A DNA stretch of 60,035 nucleotides. Origin: Bacteroides sp. SM23_62 (GTDB lineage Bacteria; Bacteroidota; Bacteroidia; Bacteroidales; SM23-62). Of this stretch, positions 1 to 10,550 are shown piece by piece. The notes under the pieces are model-generated. The model saw only the letters and a list, made by a program, of their open reading frames with translations. It was not told the origin of the DNA and ran no database searches. Numbering within the stretch: position 1 is the first letter of the stretch; every line of letters begins with the position of its first letter. A program made the position numbers and the translations under genes. Location: contig LJUP01000016.1 in assembly GCA_001303955.1 (NCBI GenBank), positions 1-60,035 of the forward strand. The letters run 5' to 3'.

Positions 1-251
1 CCAATGGGAGCCGTAACCTTGCGACCCTTGTAATCTATGCTGACATAACACATTCCCTGGGTGCATTCTGTGGTTACGGCTTCTCCGGATGAAAGTGATC
101 CTGTAACGTCGGCTGTCATGGACTTGGATGTAACAACCTCTACTGCATCTCCTTCAATTTCGAGCTGGTTGATCTTTGTCTGGGCATTTAACATAGCGGA
201 TAACGTGATAACTGAAAAAACTACAATTACTTTGGTGATGATCGTTTTCAT
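1..251 (-). CDS. hypothetical secreted protein (5' part; runs off the window edge)
   Basis: ATG at 249-251 (minus strand). The frame is open to position 1. It translates as MKTIITKVIVVFSVITLSAMLNAQTKINQLEIEGD..., a classic signal peptide. It is absent from the ORF track because no stop lies within the window. Confidence 0.5.
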   Translation of the reverse strand, partial: MKTIITKVIVVFSVITLSAMLNAQTKINQLEIEGDAVEVVTSKSMTADVTGSLSSGEAVTTECTQGMCYVSIDYKGRKVTAPI

Positions 252-341
252 AGTTCTATGGTTTTTTTCACAAAACGGTTTTAGCATCCTGATATTGTAA
301 GACCTTTGAATTTTACGGACAATCTGCAAAAAAGTTCCTGA

Positions 342-1742
342 TTACCTGAATACCGCAGGCAACTGGACAATACAAAAATAACCAAAAACGATGAAAGCAA
401 TGATCAGGCCGGTACCCAGTACCCAGCTGGGCCGGAGGATCTTACCCACCTCGGGCCTGTAGAACCTGGGCATGACAATATATAATCCGATCCCGATCCA
501 TAGCGCCTGCAGAGGTGTGAGCAACAATCCATCCAGCAGGGCACCCAGTTTTACCAGCGCGACAGGCCGCAGGTTGAAGCTGTAGACTATGATCATATTT
601 GTAAGGAAAAAGAAGGCCAGGAACAGGCGGAATTGCATCAGCCATTTAAATTTCCTGTTAAAGGCAGGGATACAGATGCGGACACCATCCGCCAGCAAGC
701 GGGGCCAGCCTGCCAATTGCCCTACAAGGGTGCCTATAAGGGCTGCCGTACCACCCAGCAGGAAAAGGAATCCTCCGGCACTGCCCCACCGGGAGGAGAA
801 GATCTCTGACAATTGCAGCGCAACATGTTCACCGCTTGGAGCCAATTGCTCCGGTCCCAAAACACCGGCACCGGCGATCATGAATCCAAGCGTAATGGCA
901 GTGCCCAGTACAATCGCCAGGGATGAATCATAATATACAATACGGCTCCATCCCAACAGCTTTTTGGCTTCATCCAGGGTAAATTCCTTTAATCTCACGA
1001 TATCTGCTGGCCTTCCGTAGACATCTTTCCTGGCCGCGCCATAACCGGCACCGATCACCCAGTAACTGTACCAGACCTGGCTGGCAAATCCACCTGCCCC
1101 CCAGCCCAGAAGCGGAAGGATCTCCTTCCATGGATTGTCACTGATACCCTGGTCCAATGCCCAATCCGGAACAGCGGGGATCTGCGGGACGAATCCACGC
1201 AAAAATTCAGACCATCCGGGGAAAACGATGGCCGCCACCCAGAGCACCCCCATGATCATGATCAGGACCAGGAAACTCATGACTACCTTGATCCATTTAA
1301 ATCTCCCGATCCAGGCGACAAGGAATGCAAAGACAGTAACTATCCATCCCCCGATGGAATGGCTTATGGGCAGAATGCTGCTCAGAAACACTCCCGATGC
1401 AGTGGCAATGGATCCCACTGCGATGGTCGCAGAGACGAACTGGGCAATAAGGACGATCCAGACGGCCCAGTTCTTCGGACCCGGCATCCGTGCAAACATA
1501 TCGATCATCCCTTCCCCGGTACAAACCGTATACCTGGCACCACTCATGCCTATCCAGAATTTGAGGAATATGCCGCTGATGATCACCCACATGATCCCGG
1601 TCCCGAAAATGGCCCCGTTGCGTGTGGCCAGGATGACTTCACCCGATCCTATATACTCCGAGGCCCAGACAATGGAAGGCCCCAGGACGGCAAGAACGGC
1701 AAGACCGGTAAGGGGGGTTTTGATGGAATTTTCCGGAAGCAT
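342..1742 (-). CDS. NRAMP-family divalent metal (Mn2+/Fe2+) transporter
   Basis: 466-aa polytopic membrane protein. N-terminal region GPSIVWASEYIGSGEVILATRNGAIFG and the overall length and TM pattern resemble NRAMP/MntH-like transporters. Confidence 0.65.
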   Translation of the reverse strand: MLPENSIKTPLTGLAVLAVLGPSIVWASEYIGSGEVILATRNGAIFGTGIMWVIISGIFLKFWIGMSGARYTVCTGEGMIDMFARMPGPKNWAVWIVLIAQFVSATIAVGSIATASGVFLSSILPISHSIGGWIVTVFAFLVAWIGRFKWIKVVMSFLVLIMIMGVLWVAAIVFPGWSEFLRGFVPQIPAVPDWALDQGISDNPWKEILPLLGWGAGGFASQVWYSYWVIGAGYGAARKDVYGRPADIVRLKEFTLDEAKKLLGWSRIVYYDSSLAIVLGTAITLGFMIAGAGVLGPEQLAPSGEHVALQLSEIFSSRWGSAGGFLFLLGGTAALIGTLVGQLAGWPRLLADGVRICIPAFNRKFKWLMQFRLFLAFFFLTNMIIVYSFNLRPVALVKLGALLDGLLLTPLQALWIGIGLYIVMPRFYRPEVGKILRPSWVLGTGLIIAFIVFGYFCIVQLPAVFR

Positions 1743-1778
1743 CTGCGAAAGATAGTAAAAACCAGGATTTCTTTTTGT

Positions 1779-1834
1779 AACTGATATCGTTTAGCGAAGC
1801 GTGATATGCAGTAGCGTTTTAATTGATATCAGTT
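1779..1834. repeat. perfect 10-bp inverted repeat AACTGATATC-N36-GATATCAGTT in the NRAMP gene leader
   Basis: Read directly from the sequence: arms at 1779-1788 and 1825-1834, 37-92 nt upstream of the NRAMP start codon on the minus strand. Confidence 0.6.
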
Positions 1835-1930
1835 GCAAATAAAGCCTGGTATCATCCGTAAACAGTGCAGGGATTTTATGGCAGGGAAAACAAATATTTG
1901 CAGGCCAAATAAGTAATCAATCCCTGTTGG

Positions 1931-1975
1931 CAAAGGGTGTTAAATCAGTTGCCAGCAACGTTTTAACATCCTTTG
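1931..1975 (-). terminator. long imperfect hairpin downstream of floA (terminator-like, no U-tract)
   Basis: Minus-strand CAAAGGATGTTAAAACGTTG-CTGG-CAACTGATTTAACACCCTTTG. About 17 of 20 stem positions pair. It lies about 40 nt after the floA stop. Confidence 0.3.
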
Positions 1976-2015
1976 CAATTGAGAGAATGATATTTTTTTG
2001 GGTTACTGAGGATTA

Positions 2016-3023
2016 TTACTCTTTCGTGTCATCGGATCTTCCGGATTTTCGGGATCTTCCGGTCTTCCCGGAAATGGATTCCCTCATATCCGTGTCGGCC
2101 TGGATATTCTGGAACTTGTAATAATCCATGATACCAAGGTTTCCCTGCCTGAAGGCATCAGCCATGGCAAGCGGGATCTCGACTTCGGCCTCTATCACCT
2201 TGGCCCTTGCTTCCTGTGCCTTGGCCACCATTTCCTGTTCGAGGGCAACGGCCATGGCACGCCGTTCCTCTGCCTTGGCCTGGGCTATGTTCTTATCCGC
2301 CTGTGCCTGGTCCATCTGCAGTGTTGCGCCTATGTTTTTTCCAATATCCACATCGGCGATATCAATAGACAGTATCTCGAAGGCTGTTCCTGCATCCAGT
2401 CCCTTTTCAAGCACCACTTTCGAAATGGAATCGGGATTTTCCAGCACGGCTTTGTGGGAGTCTGCGGAACCGATGGAAGAAACGATTCCTTCCCCTACCC
2501 TTGCCAGTACGGTTTCTTCGCCGGCACCACCGACCAGTTGCCTGATGTTTGCACGCACCGTAACCCTTGCCTTGGCGATCAGCTGTATTCCATCCTTGGC
2601 AACAGCGGCCACGGGAGGCGTATCGATCACCTTGGGATTCACTGACATCTGAACTGCTTCAAGGACATCACGGCCGGCCAGGTCAATGGCAGTGGCCATC
2701 TGGAATGTCAGCTCAATATTGGCCTTATTGGCAGAGACAAGGGCGTGCACAACTTTCTCCACATGCCCGCCGGCCAGGTAATGCGCTTCCAGTTCGTCCC
2801 GCTTGATCTGCCTCAAACCAGCTTTATGGGCCTCGATCATGGCCCTGACGATGATATTTGGCGGTACTTTCCTCCAGCGCATCAGAATCAGTTGCAGCAA
2901 TGATATCCTTACCCCTGAAATGAGTGCTGAGAACCAGAGTCCCACCGGGATAAAATAAAAAATGATCCATAAGCCAATGATGGATCCAACAATAATGACA
3001 ATGTAAATTCCTACGGGTCCCAT
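2016..3023 (-). CDS. floA: flotillin-like protein FloA (SPFH/UPF0365 family)
   Basis: N-terminal TM helix followed by [29 protein letters not shown] and an Ala/Glu-rich coiled coil. Immediately followed by an nfeD-like gene. Confidence 0.85.
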   Translation of the reverse strand: MGPVGIYIVIIVGSIIGLWIIFYFIPVGLWFSALISGVRISLLQLILMRWRKVPPNIIVRAMIEAHKAGLRQIKRDELEAHYLAGGHVEKVVHALVSANKANIELTFQMATAIDLAGRDVLEAVQMSVNPKVIDTPPVAAVAKDGIQLIAKARVTVRANIRQLVGGAGEETVLARVGEGIVSSIGSADSHKAVLENPDSISKVVLEKGLDAGTAFEILSIDIADVDIGKNIGATLQMDQAQADKNIAQAKAEERRAMAVALEQEMVAKAQEARAKVIEAEVEIPLAMADAFRQGNLGIMDYYKFQNIQADTDMRESISGKTGRSRKSGRSDDTKE

Positions 3024-3025
3024 AT

Positions 3026-3502
3026 TTATTCTTCTTTAATTGGTTTTATAATGACTTGCGTGTTTAAGACCTTAATGACTTCAACGGGGGTGTGTTGATC
3101 CACGAAACCCCGCTGTGATTTTCCTTCCACCACCAGCCCGTTGATCAATACTTTTCCTATCGGTGCCATGCGGGTAATCGCCTCTCCGCGGTCCCCGACC
3201 TTAATGGTTTCCTTTTCCAGGCCTACTTCAACCTTTCCCTCAATATCTTTGTGCAGCATCAGCCTCCTCCATGTCCTGGCCCTCAGGGCGTAGGTAAATC
3301 CCCCAATGGTAAGGATCAGGGTGGCAATCAATGTATAATTACCAACCGTATTGCCATGCGTCTTATAAGACATATAGACGGCGACTCCCATCAAGATCGC
3401 CCCGCCTATTCCGGCAATGGTAACCCCCGGCACCAGCAGGAACTCCACTACGAATAACAGAATCCCTAGGACAATTAACAGGATGATCGCTAGTATTGAC
3501 AT
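3026..3502 (-). CDS. NfeD-family membrane protein
   Basis: 158 aa with N-terminal TM helices and a C-terminal OB-like segment ([27 protein letters not shown]). There is a 2-nt gap to floA, the canonical NfeD-SPFH operon arrangement. Confidence 0.75.
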   Translation of the reverse strand: MSILAIILLIVLGILLFVVEFLLVPGVTIAGIGGAILMGVAVYMSYKTHGNTVGNYTLIATLILTIGGFTYALRARTWRRLMLHKDIEGKVEVGLEKETIKVGDRGEAITRMAPIGKVLINGLVVEGKSQRGFVDQHTPVEVIKVLNTQVIIKPIKEE

Positions 3503-3525
3503 ATGATTGAATGATATATGAAAGC

Positions 3526-3813
3526 TTAATCAATCGTGGCATTCAGGCCCCTCTCAACCAGTTCATGCCTCATGGGCCTGAGGAAGTCAAAAGAGCCCTG
3601 CTTTACATCACATTTACCTTTATAATGAACCAGATAAGCACACTGTTCAGCCTGTTCGGTTGTGTGTTTACAGACATCGATAAGCGATTCGATTACAAAT
3701 TGGAATGTATTTACATTATCGTTGTGCAGGATCAGAGATTTCTCTCCATCCGCATCCACATCATAGAACTCCTCAAGTTCCGGAAATTCTCTCGATTTCT
3801 CTTTTTCAGCCAT
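3526..3813 (-). CDS. clpS: ATP-dependent Clp protease adaptor ClpS
   Basis: 95 aa. LILHNDNVNTFQFVIESLIDVCKHTTEQAEQCAYLVHYKGKC matches the ClpS core. Confidence 0.85.
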   Translation of the reverse strand: MAEKEKSREFPELEEFYDVDADGEKSLILHNDNVNTFQFVIESLIDVCKHTTEQAEQCAYLVHYKGKCDVKQGSFDFLRPMRHELVERGLNATID

Positions 3814-3876
3814 GCTTCCCAGATCAGTTCAGTAACAAAAATAAGCATTTCTTTCCTAATTCACATGCAAGGATGC

Positions 3877-4710
3877 TTAAGGATGCCGTTCCAGTTCCTG
3901 CAGTTTTTTAAATGTTCCCTTTTTCCCGTCATAATATCCGATGATAAAGGCATCCGTGTGTCCATAGGCCCGTACCTTCTCCAATGCACGCCTGGCATCT
4001 TCGAACCTGTAAAATTTCCCAACAAAGTACCTTATCAGGTTCTTATCAGGTATTCTTTCAGTGGTGATGGGGGAAAGTCCCTTAAAATGATCCGGAGCCA
4101 GCCGATTCTTGTATACGGCCAGCTGGATCCGGTAAAAGACACCGGCGGGAAGCGGAAAATCATATTCAAATGTCTGTGCGGCACTATAGGGGGATCGATT
4201 GTATATTTTGAAATTAAACCCGGTGCCGGACGGGTTAACCTCCGCTTCATCCGAGATGGACATGGCTTCCGTTTTTTTATTCAGTTTGGCCAGAAATTCA
4301 TCAGTGAGCCTGTACTGATAAACGGTAATGCCATCCAATATGGTATCCTTTACGAGATAGGGACTCCGTGTCTTTTCGGCAGGAAGCCTGCCATTCATGT
4401 AAGCAAAATGTATCCTGGCCATCTCCCTGTAGATTTCGGCACTGTCCTCTGCCTCGACGATCCTTTTCTGCAAGGCTTTACGCATGGCAGGATCATCCAT
4501 CTTCAAAACCTCCTTCCTCCATTCAATGGAAAGCCCACGCAGTGAATCTGCCCGTTGTTGATAAATGATCGCCTTGTCGAGGAAGCCATTAAAGGTCATA
4601 TCTTCATAAAAGACCTGCGTGGTATCCGGCGGATTTGCGAACAGGCCAGCCTGAGAACATAGAAACAGGCTGATCCAGAGAAAGCCGTATTTCCTGATTA
4701 TTGAACCCAT
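3877..4710 (-). CDS. SPOR-domain-like secreted protein
   Basis: Signal peptide. The C-terminal segment YRIQLAVYKNRLAPDHFKGLSPITTERIPDKNLIRYFVGKFYRFEDARRALEKVRAYGHTDAFIIGY resembles a SPOR fold. Confidence 0.55.
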   Translation of the reverse strand: MGSIIRKYGFLWISLFLCSQAGLFANPPDTTQVFYEDMTFNGFLDKAIIYQQRADSLRGLSIEWRKEVLKMDDPAMRKALQKRIVEAEDSAEIYREMARIHFAYMNGRLPAEKTRSPYLVKDTILDGITVYQYRLTDEFLAKLNKKTEAMSISDEAEVNPSGTGFNFKIYNRSPYSAAQTFEYDFPLPAGVFYRIQLAVYKNRLAPDHFKGLSPITTERIPDKNLIRYFVGKFYRFEDARRALEKVRAYGHTDAFIIGYYDGKKGTFKKLQELERHP

Positions 4711-4843
4711 GCAACATATATTTCATCCAGAATGCCATTAAGGCATAGTAAAAATATTAACAATTTGTTTATACCAGAAAAACAGGGGATGGATTTTCTA
4801 TCAATCTTTGTAATTTTACACTCACTGATTAAAGAAAATCAAA

Positions 4844-5308
4844 ATGAAAGAACTGTCAGAAGGAATGATGGCACCTGAATTTTCAGGCAGGGACCAGGCG
4901 GGGGAAGAGATAACCCTGAAACAACTGGGGGGACGGAAAGTGATCCTTTACTTTTATCCAAAGGACGATACCCCGGGCTGTGCGGCCGAGGCATGTAACC
5001 TGAGAGATAACTATGCCGGACTTACAGCACTTGGATTTGAGGTAATCGGAGTCAGTGCGGATACCGAAAAATCGCATCAGCGATTCATTGGGAAGTATGA
5101 TCTTCCCTTCAAGCTGGTATCTGATACTGATAAGGAGATCCTTAAGGCCTACGGGGCATGGGGACTGAAGAAGATGTATGGAAAAGAATACGAAGGCATC
5201 CTCAGGAAGACCTATGTTATTGATGAGCAGGGTGTAATCCTCAAAATCTTCAACAAGGTGGATACCAAGAACCATACAGAACAGATTATGGAGGCCCTTG
5301 AAGGCTGA
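4844..5308 (+). CDS. bcp: thioredoxin-dependent thiol peroxidase (Bcp/PrxQ peroxiredoxin)
   Basis: [16 protein letters not shown] active-site motif; length 154 aa. Confidence 0.88.
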   Translation: MKELSEGMMAPEFSGRDQAGEEITLKQLGGRKVILYFYPKDDTPGCAAEACNLRDNYAGLTALGFEVIGVSADTEKSHQRFIGKYDLPFKLVSDTDKEILKAYGAWGLKKMYGKEYEGILRKTYVIDEQGVILKIFNKVDTKNHTEQIMEALEG

Positions 5309-5351
5309 CATCACAGGCTGCCCCAGCTTAAAAAACACCAATCCAAAAATA

Positions 5352-6374
5352 ATGAGCGAAGAATCGAACGGCAACAAAATCAAACAGGAGAAGCTCAAGG
5401 CACTTCAACTAACACTGGATAAAATTGAAAAGGGATTCGGCAAAGGCACCATTATGAAAATGGGTGACAGTGCCATAGAGAATGTAGCTTCCATCCCCTC
5501 CGGGTCCATTTCCCTGGATGTAGCCCTCGGTGTCGGGGGTTATCCCAGGGGAAGGGTAATTGAGATCTACGGTCCGGAATCATCCGGTAAAACCACACTG
5601 GCCATCCACGCCATTGCCCAGGCCCAGAAAGCCGGAGGGATTGCGGCATTTATTGATGCGGAACATGCCTTCGACCGATTCTACGCTGAGAAGCTTGGAG
5701 TAGATGTGGAGAATCTGTATATTTCCCAGCCTGATAACGGTGAACAGGCCCTGGAGATTACGGATCACCTGATCCGCTCAGGCGCCATCGATATCATAGT
5801 GATCGATTCCGTGGCAGCCCTTACCCCGAAATCGGAGATCGAAGGAGAGATGGGAGATTCCAAGATGGGATTGCAGGCAAGGCTGATGTCCCAGGCCTTG
5901 CGTAAACTCACTGCCAATATCAGCAAGACCAATACAACCTGCATCTTTATCAACCAGCTGAGGGAAAAGATCGGCGTCATGTTCGGCAATCCCGAAACAA
6001 CTACAGGAGGTAACGCGCTTAAATTCTATGCTTCCGTACGCATTGATATTCGCCGGATCGGACAGCTGAAAGAGGGTGATGAGGTCATGGGCAACCGCAC
6101 GAAAGTGAAGATCGTCAAGAACAAACTCGCTCCTCCGTTCAAAAAAGCCGAGTTTGATATCATGTATGGCGAAGGCATATCCCGGACTGGTGAACTGATC
6201 GACCTGGGAGTGGATCTGGACCTGATCAAGAAAAGCGGGTCCTGGTTCAGTTATGCTGATACCAAACTCGGTCAGGGAAGGGATGCGGTAAAAAGTTTGA
6301 TGCTGGATAACCCCGAACTGGCAGACGAAATAGAGTCAAAGATCGTGGAAGCCTTGAATGGCCAGAAAAAATAG
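5352..6374 (+). CDS. recA: recombinase RecA
   Basis: [13 protein letters not shown] Walker A and [23 protein letters not shown] are present. I chose the ATG at 5352 (MSEESNGNK...) rather than the track's upstream alternative start at 5298. Confidence 0.97.
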   Translation: MSEESNGNKIKQEKLKALQLTLDKIEKGFGKGTIMKMGDSAIENVASIPSGSISLDVALGVGGYPRGRVIEIYGPESSGKTTLAIHAIAQAQKAGGIAAFIDAEHAFDRFYAEKLGVDVENLYISQPDNGEQALEITDHLIRSGAIDIIVIDSVAALTPKSEIEGEMGDSKMGLQARLMSQALRKLTANISKTNTTCIFINQLREKIGVMFGNPETTTGGNALKFYASVRIDIRRIGQLKEGDEVMGNRTKVKIVKNKLAPPFKKAEFDIMYGEGISRTGELIDLGVDLDLIKKSGSWFSYADTKLGQGRDAVKSLMLDNPELADEIESKIVEALNGQKK

Positions 6375-6497
6375 ATCCGGCAAATTTCAAACACGAAATA
6401 ATGCTATCCAACACGCTTCTTCAGGTAGCATTTGTTCCCGGTTTATTAATTTTAGTCCCCCTAATAATTGACAACTAACCGATCAAAACATAAAACC

Positions 6498-8579
6498 ATG
6501 AATCGTTATTTCCTTTTTATCCTCATCCTGGCAGGCTTACTCATATCCTCATGTGACCAGGTGCCGGAAAAAGCCGGAGAACCCCCTGTTGAAGGTGACT
6601 TCTCCGGAACCCTCACCCAGCAAGAGATCGATGGCGGTGTGCTGACCGCTGAAATCCTGTGGAAGTTCGGCAGGCTTGGCAGTATGAATCTATCACCCGG
6701 TGGCAAGGAAGTCCTTTATACCGTTACCCGGTACGATGTTGGGAACAACCATAGCATCGGCGATATTTTTAAGATCCCGACAGCAGGCGGTGAAGCTGTC
6801 CGGCTTACTGACGGGATGGGAAAATATGACAGTCCCAAGTGGTACCCGACCGGGCAGAAGATAGGTTTCCTGAAAGGCGGGCAATTATGGGAAATGGATC
6901 CTGACGGCAACGGAAAAAAACAGGTATCCTTCCTCGCATCGGATATCAACAGCTTTGACTGGTCACCGGATGGTTCCCACATCCTGCTTACGATGGATGT
7001 GAAGCTTGAGGAGACACCACAGGAAGTCTATCCTGATCTTCCCCAGACCAATGTCAGGATCATCGATGACCTGATGTACCGGCATTGGAATGCCTGGCAT
7101 GATTATGCATACAGCCATATCTTCGTAGCACCGTATGACGGAACAGGGCCTGGAGAACCACTGGACATTATGAAGGACGAGCCCTGGGATGCTCCGCTCG
7201 CTCCTTATCATGATGATGCAGAGATTACCTGGAGTCCGGACGGGAAACAGATCGCCTATACCTGCAAGAAAATGAAGGGCAGGGAGTATGCCCTGAGCAC
7301 CAACTCGGATGTATATCTCTATGACCTGGCATCCGGGGAAACGAAGAACCTTACCAAAGGGATGCCGGGGTATGACAAATACCCATCCTTTTCGGAAGAT
7401 GGCAGCAAGCTGGCCTTTCAGAGTATGGCGACACCCGGGTATGAAGCGGACCAGGTAAGGCTTTTTGTGATCGACCTTGCAAACGGCCGGATGGAATACT
7501 GGACCGAAGGTTTTGACCAGGATGTGGACCACGTCGTGTGGAAAGGGGATAAACTTTACTTCATCAGCGGTGTCCATGCCACTTTCCAGCTTTATGAAAT
7601 GGATGCCGGCAGCAAAGAGATACGGCAGATCACCACGGGGCCCCATACCTATAATTCCTTTGCCCTCGCCGGGGATGTAATGGTGGCGACAAAGCAGGAT
7701 ATCGCCTATGCCACGGAGATCTTCCTCGTGGACCCCGCCGGCGGACAGGCTACACAGCTGACAAACATCAACAAGCATATATATGACCATATTAAAGTGC
7801 CCAGGTTTGAGGAGCGCTGGGTAAAAACAACAGATAACAAGGACATGCTGGTATGGGTTATTTACCCGCCTGATTTCGATGCCAGTAAAAAATACCCGGC
7901 CATACTGTTCTGTGGCGGCGGTCCCCAGACTGCCGTTAATCCCAACTTTCACTACCGCTGGAACTTCCAGCTGATGGCGGCCCATGATTACATCATTGTG
8001 GCACCCAACCGCAGGGGACTCCCGACCTTTGGCCACGAGTGGAACCTGCAGATCTCAACGGATTACGGCGGACAGAACATGAAGGATTACCTGAGCGCCA
8101 TTGATGCAGTGAGTGCTGAGCCCTATGTTGATAGGGAACGGCTCGGTGCCATCGGGGCAAGCTACGGGGGGTATTCAACCTTTTATCTCGAAGGCATCCA
8201 CGAGGGCAGGTTCAAGACCTTCATTTCCCATTGCGGGGTTTTCAACCTGGAAAGCATGTACACCGCCACAGATGAGACTTTTTTCGTGAACTTTGACAAC
8301 GGCGGTCCATACTGGGAGAAACCAACGCCAAGGAATTACCGGTTTTCCCCGCACAGGTATATAGATAAATGGGATACCCCCATCCTGATCACAACCGGGG
8401 AGATGGATCTGCGTATACCCTATACACAGAGCCTGGAGGCATTCAATGCTGCCAGGCTGAGGGACATACCAGCCAGGCTGCTGGTCTTCCCTGAAGAAAC
8501 ACATTTCGTGCTGAAGCCCCAGAATGCCATACTGTGGTGGCGTGAATTCTTCGGCTGGCTTGACAGGTGGCTGAAATAG
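6498..8579 (+). CDS. S9-family serine peptidase (prolyl oligopeptidase/DPP-like) with N-terminal beta-propeller
   Basis: Lipoprotein-like signal (LLISSC). PD40/TolB-like propeller repeats. The C-terminal alpha/beta hydrolase carries GASYGGYS (GxSxGG nucleophile). Confidence 0.85.
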   Translation: MNRYFLFILILAGLLISSCDQVPEKAGEPPVEGDFSGTLTQQEIDGGVLTAEILWKFGRLGSMNLSPGGKEVLYTVTRYDVGNNHSIGDIFKIPTAGGEAVRLTDGMGKYDSPKWYPTGQKIGFLKGGQLWEMDPDGNGKKQVSFLASDINSFDWSPDGSHILLTMDVKLEETPQEVYPDLPQTNVRIIDDLMYRHWNAWHDYAYSHIFVAPYDGTGPGEPLDIMKDEPWDAPLAPYHDDAEITWSPDGKQIAYTCKKMKGREYALSTNSDVYLYDLASGETKNLTKGMPGYDKYPSFSEDGSKLAFQSMATPGYEADQVRLFVIDLANGRMEYWTEGFDQDVDHVVWKGDKLYFISGVHATFQLYEMDAGSKEIRQITTGPHTYNSFALAGDVMVATKQDIAYATEIFLVDPAGGQATQLTNINKHIYDHIKVPRFEERWVKTTDNKDMLVWVIYPPDFDASKKYPAILFCGGGPQTAVNPNFHYRWNFQLMAAHDYIIVAPNRRGLPTFGHEWNLQISTDYGGQNMKDYLSAIDAVSAEPYVDRERLGAIGASYGGYSTFYLEGIHEGRFKTFISHCGVFNLESMYTATDETFFVNFDNGGPYWEKPTPRNYRFSPHRYIDKWDTPILITTGEMDLRIPYTQSLEAFNAARLRDIPARLLVFPEETHFVLKPQNAILWWREFFGWLDRWLK

Positions 8580-8628
8580 CGATCCGTGAAACTTTTTTCT
8601 TAAATTCGTAGAAACATTAGTAAATGGC

Positions 8629-9045
8629 ATGAATAATTTCTTTCAGTTCCTGCTGCATTTTATTTTCATCGCCACTTTCCTGTTCGTCTACGTCATTGCC
8701 ATTATTCTCCTGAAGCCGTTCAGGCTGCACCGGAAGCGAAAGGTATCCACCGTTGCATTGAAAATATCCTATCTTATATACCTGGCTTTCTTTCTGGCCT
8801 TTGTATACCTGGTCTTGTTCTTTGCAGACAGTGAGGTGAACACCGAAGAGAATATGGATAACGGTACATCGGTCATTTATTACATCATCGTGCTCGTCTC
8901 GTTTTTCATCCCCAACATCGGGATCATGATCAGGAGGCGTTTCAAAAAGAACCGTGAGAAATTTAATTACCTGGTCACGGGCTTTAATTTTTTGATCATC
9001 CTTGCCCTGGTTTTCATGATGAGCCAGGTGCGATGGGATTTCTGA
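8629..9045 (+). CDS. hypothetical small integral membrane protein
   Basis: 138 aa with about 4 hydrophobic helices. No recognisable motif. Confidence 0.45.
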   Translation: MNNFFQFLLHFIFIATFLFVYVIAIILLKPFRLHRKRKVSTVALKISYLIYLAFFLAFVYLVLFFADSEVNTEENMDNGTSVIYYIIVLVSFFIPNIGIMIRRRFKKNREKFNYLVTGFNFLIILALVFMMSQVRWDF

Positions 9046-9082
9046 CCTGCATGCCTGTCCCCCGGCTGCTGCTCAGCGGGGA

Positions 9083-10009
9083 CTAACCATGGCAGAGCAT
9101 AACAGCTTTTTCGATCTTGTCCTTGAGGGGTTGATATCCGTCGAACCAGTGGATCTTTATGCCACTGCGTTCCATTTTCCTGAACCATGTCATTTGCCGC
9201 TTGGCAAAACGGTGGATGGCTGTTTCAAGGCTGGCAAACATTTCTTCATAAGTGGTTCGCCCGGCCAGGTACCCCGTTATGTATTTGTATTCCAGGCCAT
9301 AATAGATCAGCTTCTCCGGTTTGACACCTTTGTCAAGCAAGTCCTGTACTTCCCTTATCATGCCCCGGTCAAGCCTTTCTGCCAGCCGCTGGCTGATCCT
9401 CTTTCGACGTGACAGCCTGTCGAACCTGATCCCGAGTATCAGGGGATGTATATGCGGCATCTGATCATCCAGTTCCGGATGCTCCCGGTAATAGACCTCG
9501 ATCTCCAATGCCCTGACCAGGCGTTTTAGGTCCACAATATCCGTTTTGTTATGCAGCTTTTTGAATCCAGCCAGCCTGGCGGCAAGCTCATCCCTGCCCT
9601 GCTGCCCGAGTTCCTCCCTGAGGTCATGGTTCACCGGGACCCGGATCAGCCTGTAGCCTTTCAGGACAGCCTCGATATACAGGCCGCTGCCGCCGCATAA
9701 TACAGGTATTGAACCCCGCGCATGTATCTCCTGGAATACCCTGATAAAATCCTTCTGGTATTCGTAGACATTATATTCATAGCCAGGTTCAAGGATATCG
9801 ATCAAATGGACAGGTACCTGCCTGCCATCGACCATATAATCCTCATAATCCTTTCCCGTGCCCAGGTCCATGTGCCGGTACACCTGCCTGGAATCTGCGC
9901 TGATCACTTCTCCATTCAGCTTATCGGCCAGGCATGCGGCAAATCTTGTTTTCCCCCCGGCTGTATGTCCCAGCACTGTGATCAGGTTGTATGGAATGAT
10001 GGCAGCCAT
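9083..10009 (-). CDS. miaA: tRNA dimethylallyltransferase MiaA
   Basis: P-loop GHTAGGKT plus [18 protein letters not shown]. The ATG at 10007-10009 ([14 protein letters not shown]...) is preferred over the upstream start. Confidence 0.9.
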   Translation of the reverse strand: MAAIIPYNLITVLGHTAGGKTRFAACLADKLNGEVISADSRQVYRHMDLGTGKDYEDYMVDGRQVPVHLIDILEPGYEYNVYEYQKDFIRVFQEIHARGSIPVLCGGSGLYIEAVLKGYRLIRVPVNHDLREELGQQGRDELAARLAGFKKLHNKTDIVDLKRLVRALEIEVYYREHPELDDQMPHIHPLILGIRFDRLSRRKRISQRLAERLDRGMIREVQDLLDKGVKPEKLIYYGLEYKYITGYLAGRTTYEEMFASLETAIHRFAKRQMTWFRKMERSGIKIHWFDGYQPLKDKIEKAVMLCHG

Positions 10010-10086
10010 CCAGGCAAAGGTCGCAAAGAAGGGGGAAGTACGCAAATGACATAATTCTTGTTAACTTTGCAGCCTGGCGAGAAGGG

Positions 10087-10539
10087 ATGAATAACCCGAT
10101 AAACATAAAGAACAAGAAGGCTTATTTCGATTATGAGATCCTCGAAAAACTGGTGGCAGGCATGCAGCTTACAGGTACGGAGATTAAATCCATCCGCATG
10201 GGGAAGGCAAGCCTGGCTGACGCATACTGCGTCTTTAAAAACAATGAGTTATTTGTGAAAAACATGAGGATCTCTGTCTATGACCAGGGAAGTTACAACA
10301 ATCATGAACCTTACCGTGACCGCAAGCTGTTGCTGAACAGGAAGGAACTCAATAAGCTGGAGAAGCAAACCAGGGAAAAGGGACTCACCATTATCGTGCT
10401 GCGCGTTTTCATCAATGAGCATGGTTATGCCAAACTGGAAATAGCCCTTGCAAGGGGCAGGAAAAAATATGACAAGCGTGAGGCCATCAAACAGAAAGAC
10501 CTGAAGCGCGATATGGAACGGCTGGGAAAACTGAAATAG
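10087..10539 (+). CDS. smpB: SsrA-binding protein SmpB
   Basis: [28 protein letters not shown] and a basic C-terminal tail; 150 aa. Confidence 0.93.
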   Translation: MNNPINIKNKKAYFDYEILEKLVAGMQLTGTEIKSIRMGKASLADAYCVFKNNELFVKNMRISVYDQGSYNNHEPYRDRKLLLNRKELNKLEKQTREKGLTIIVLRVFINEHGYAKLEIALARGRKKYDKREAIKQKDLKRDMERLGKLK

Positions 10540-10550
10540 GCAAAGGTGGT

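Noticed and set aside
61-300. 79-aa plus-strand ORF at the window start
   Set aside because: The opposite strand carries an open frame to the window edge, beginning with a canonical signal peptide (MKTIITKVIVVFSVITLSAMLNAQ). The plus-strand ORF starts with GTG and has no features.
3511-4545. 344-aa plus-strand ORF spanning the clpS and SPOR-like gene region
   Set aside because: It is antisense to two ORFs with clear family motifs or signal peptides. Its translation is low-complexity (F/I/L/R-rich) with no motif. It looks like a typical shadow ORF.
5298-5351. 5' extensions of track ORFs at recA, S9 peptidase, miaA, tdk, dnaB, ispE, crp, rmuC, tgt, TauE and the small OMP
   Set aside because: The extensions begin at non-ATG or poorly placed codons and add residues absent from the conserved N-termini. 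Internal ATGs give canonical N-termini or signal peptides.
6963-8036. 357-aa minus-strand ORF inside the S9 peptidase gene
   Set aside because: It is fully antisense to a gene with a propeller plus GxSxGG hydrolase signature. It has no motifs, no plausible start context, and is very rich in Gly/Pro/Arg/His.
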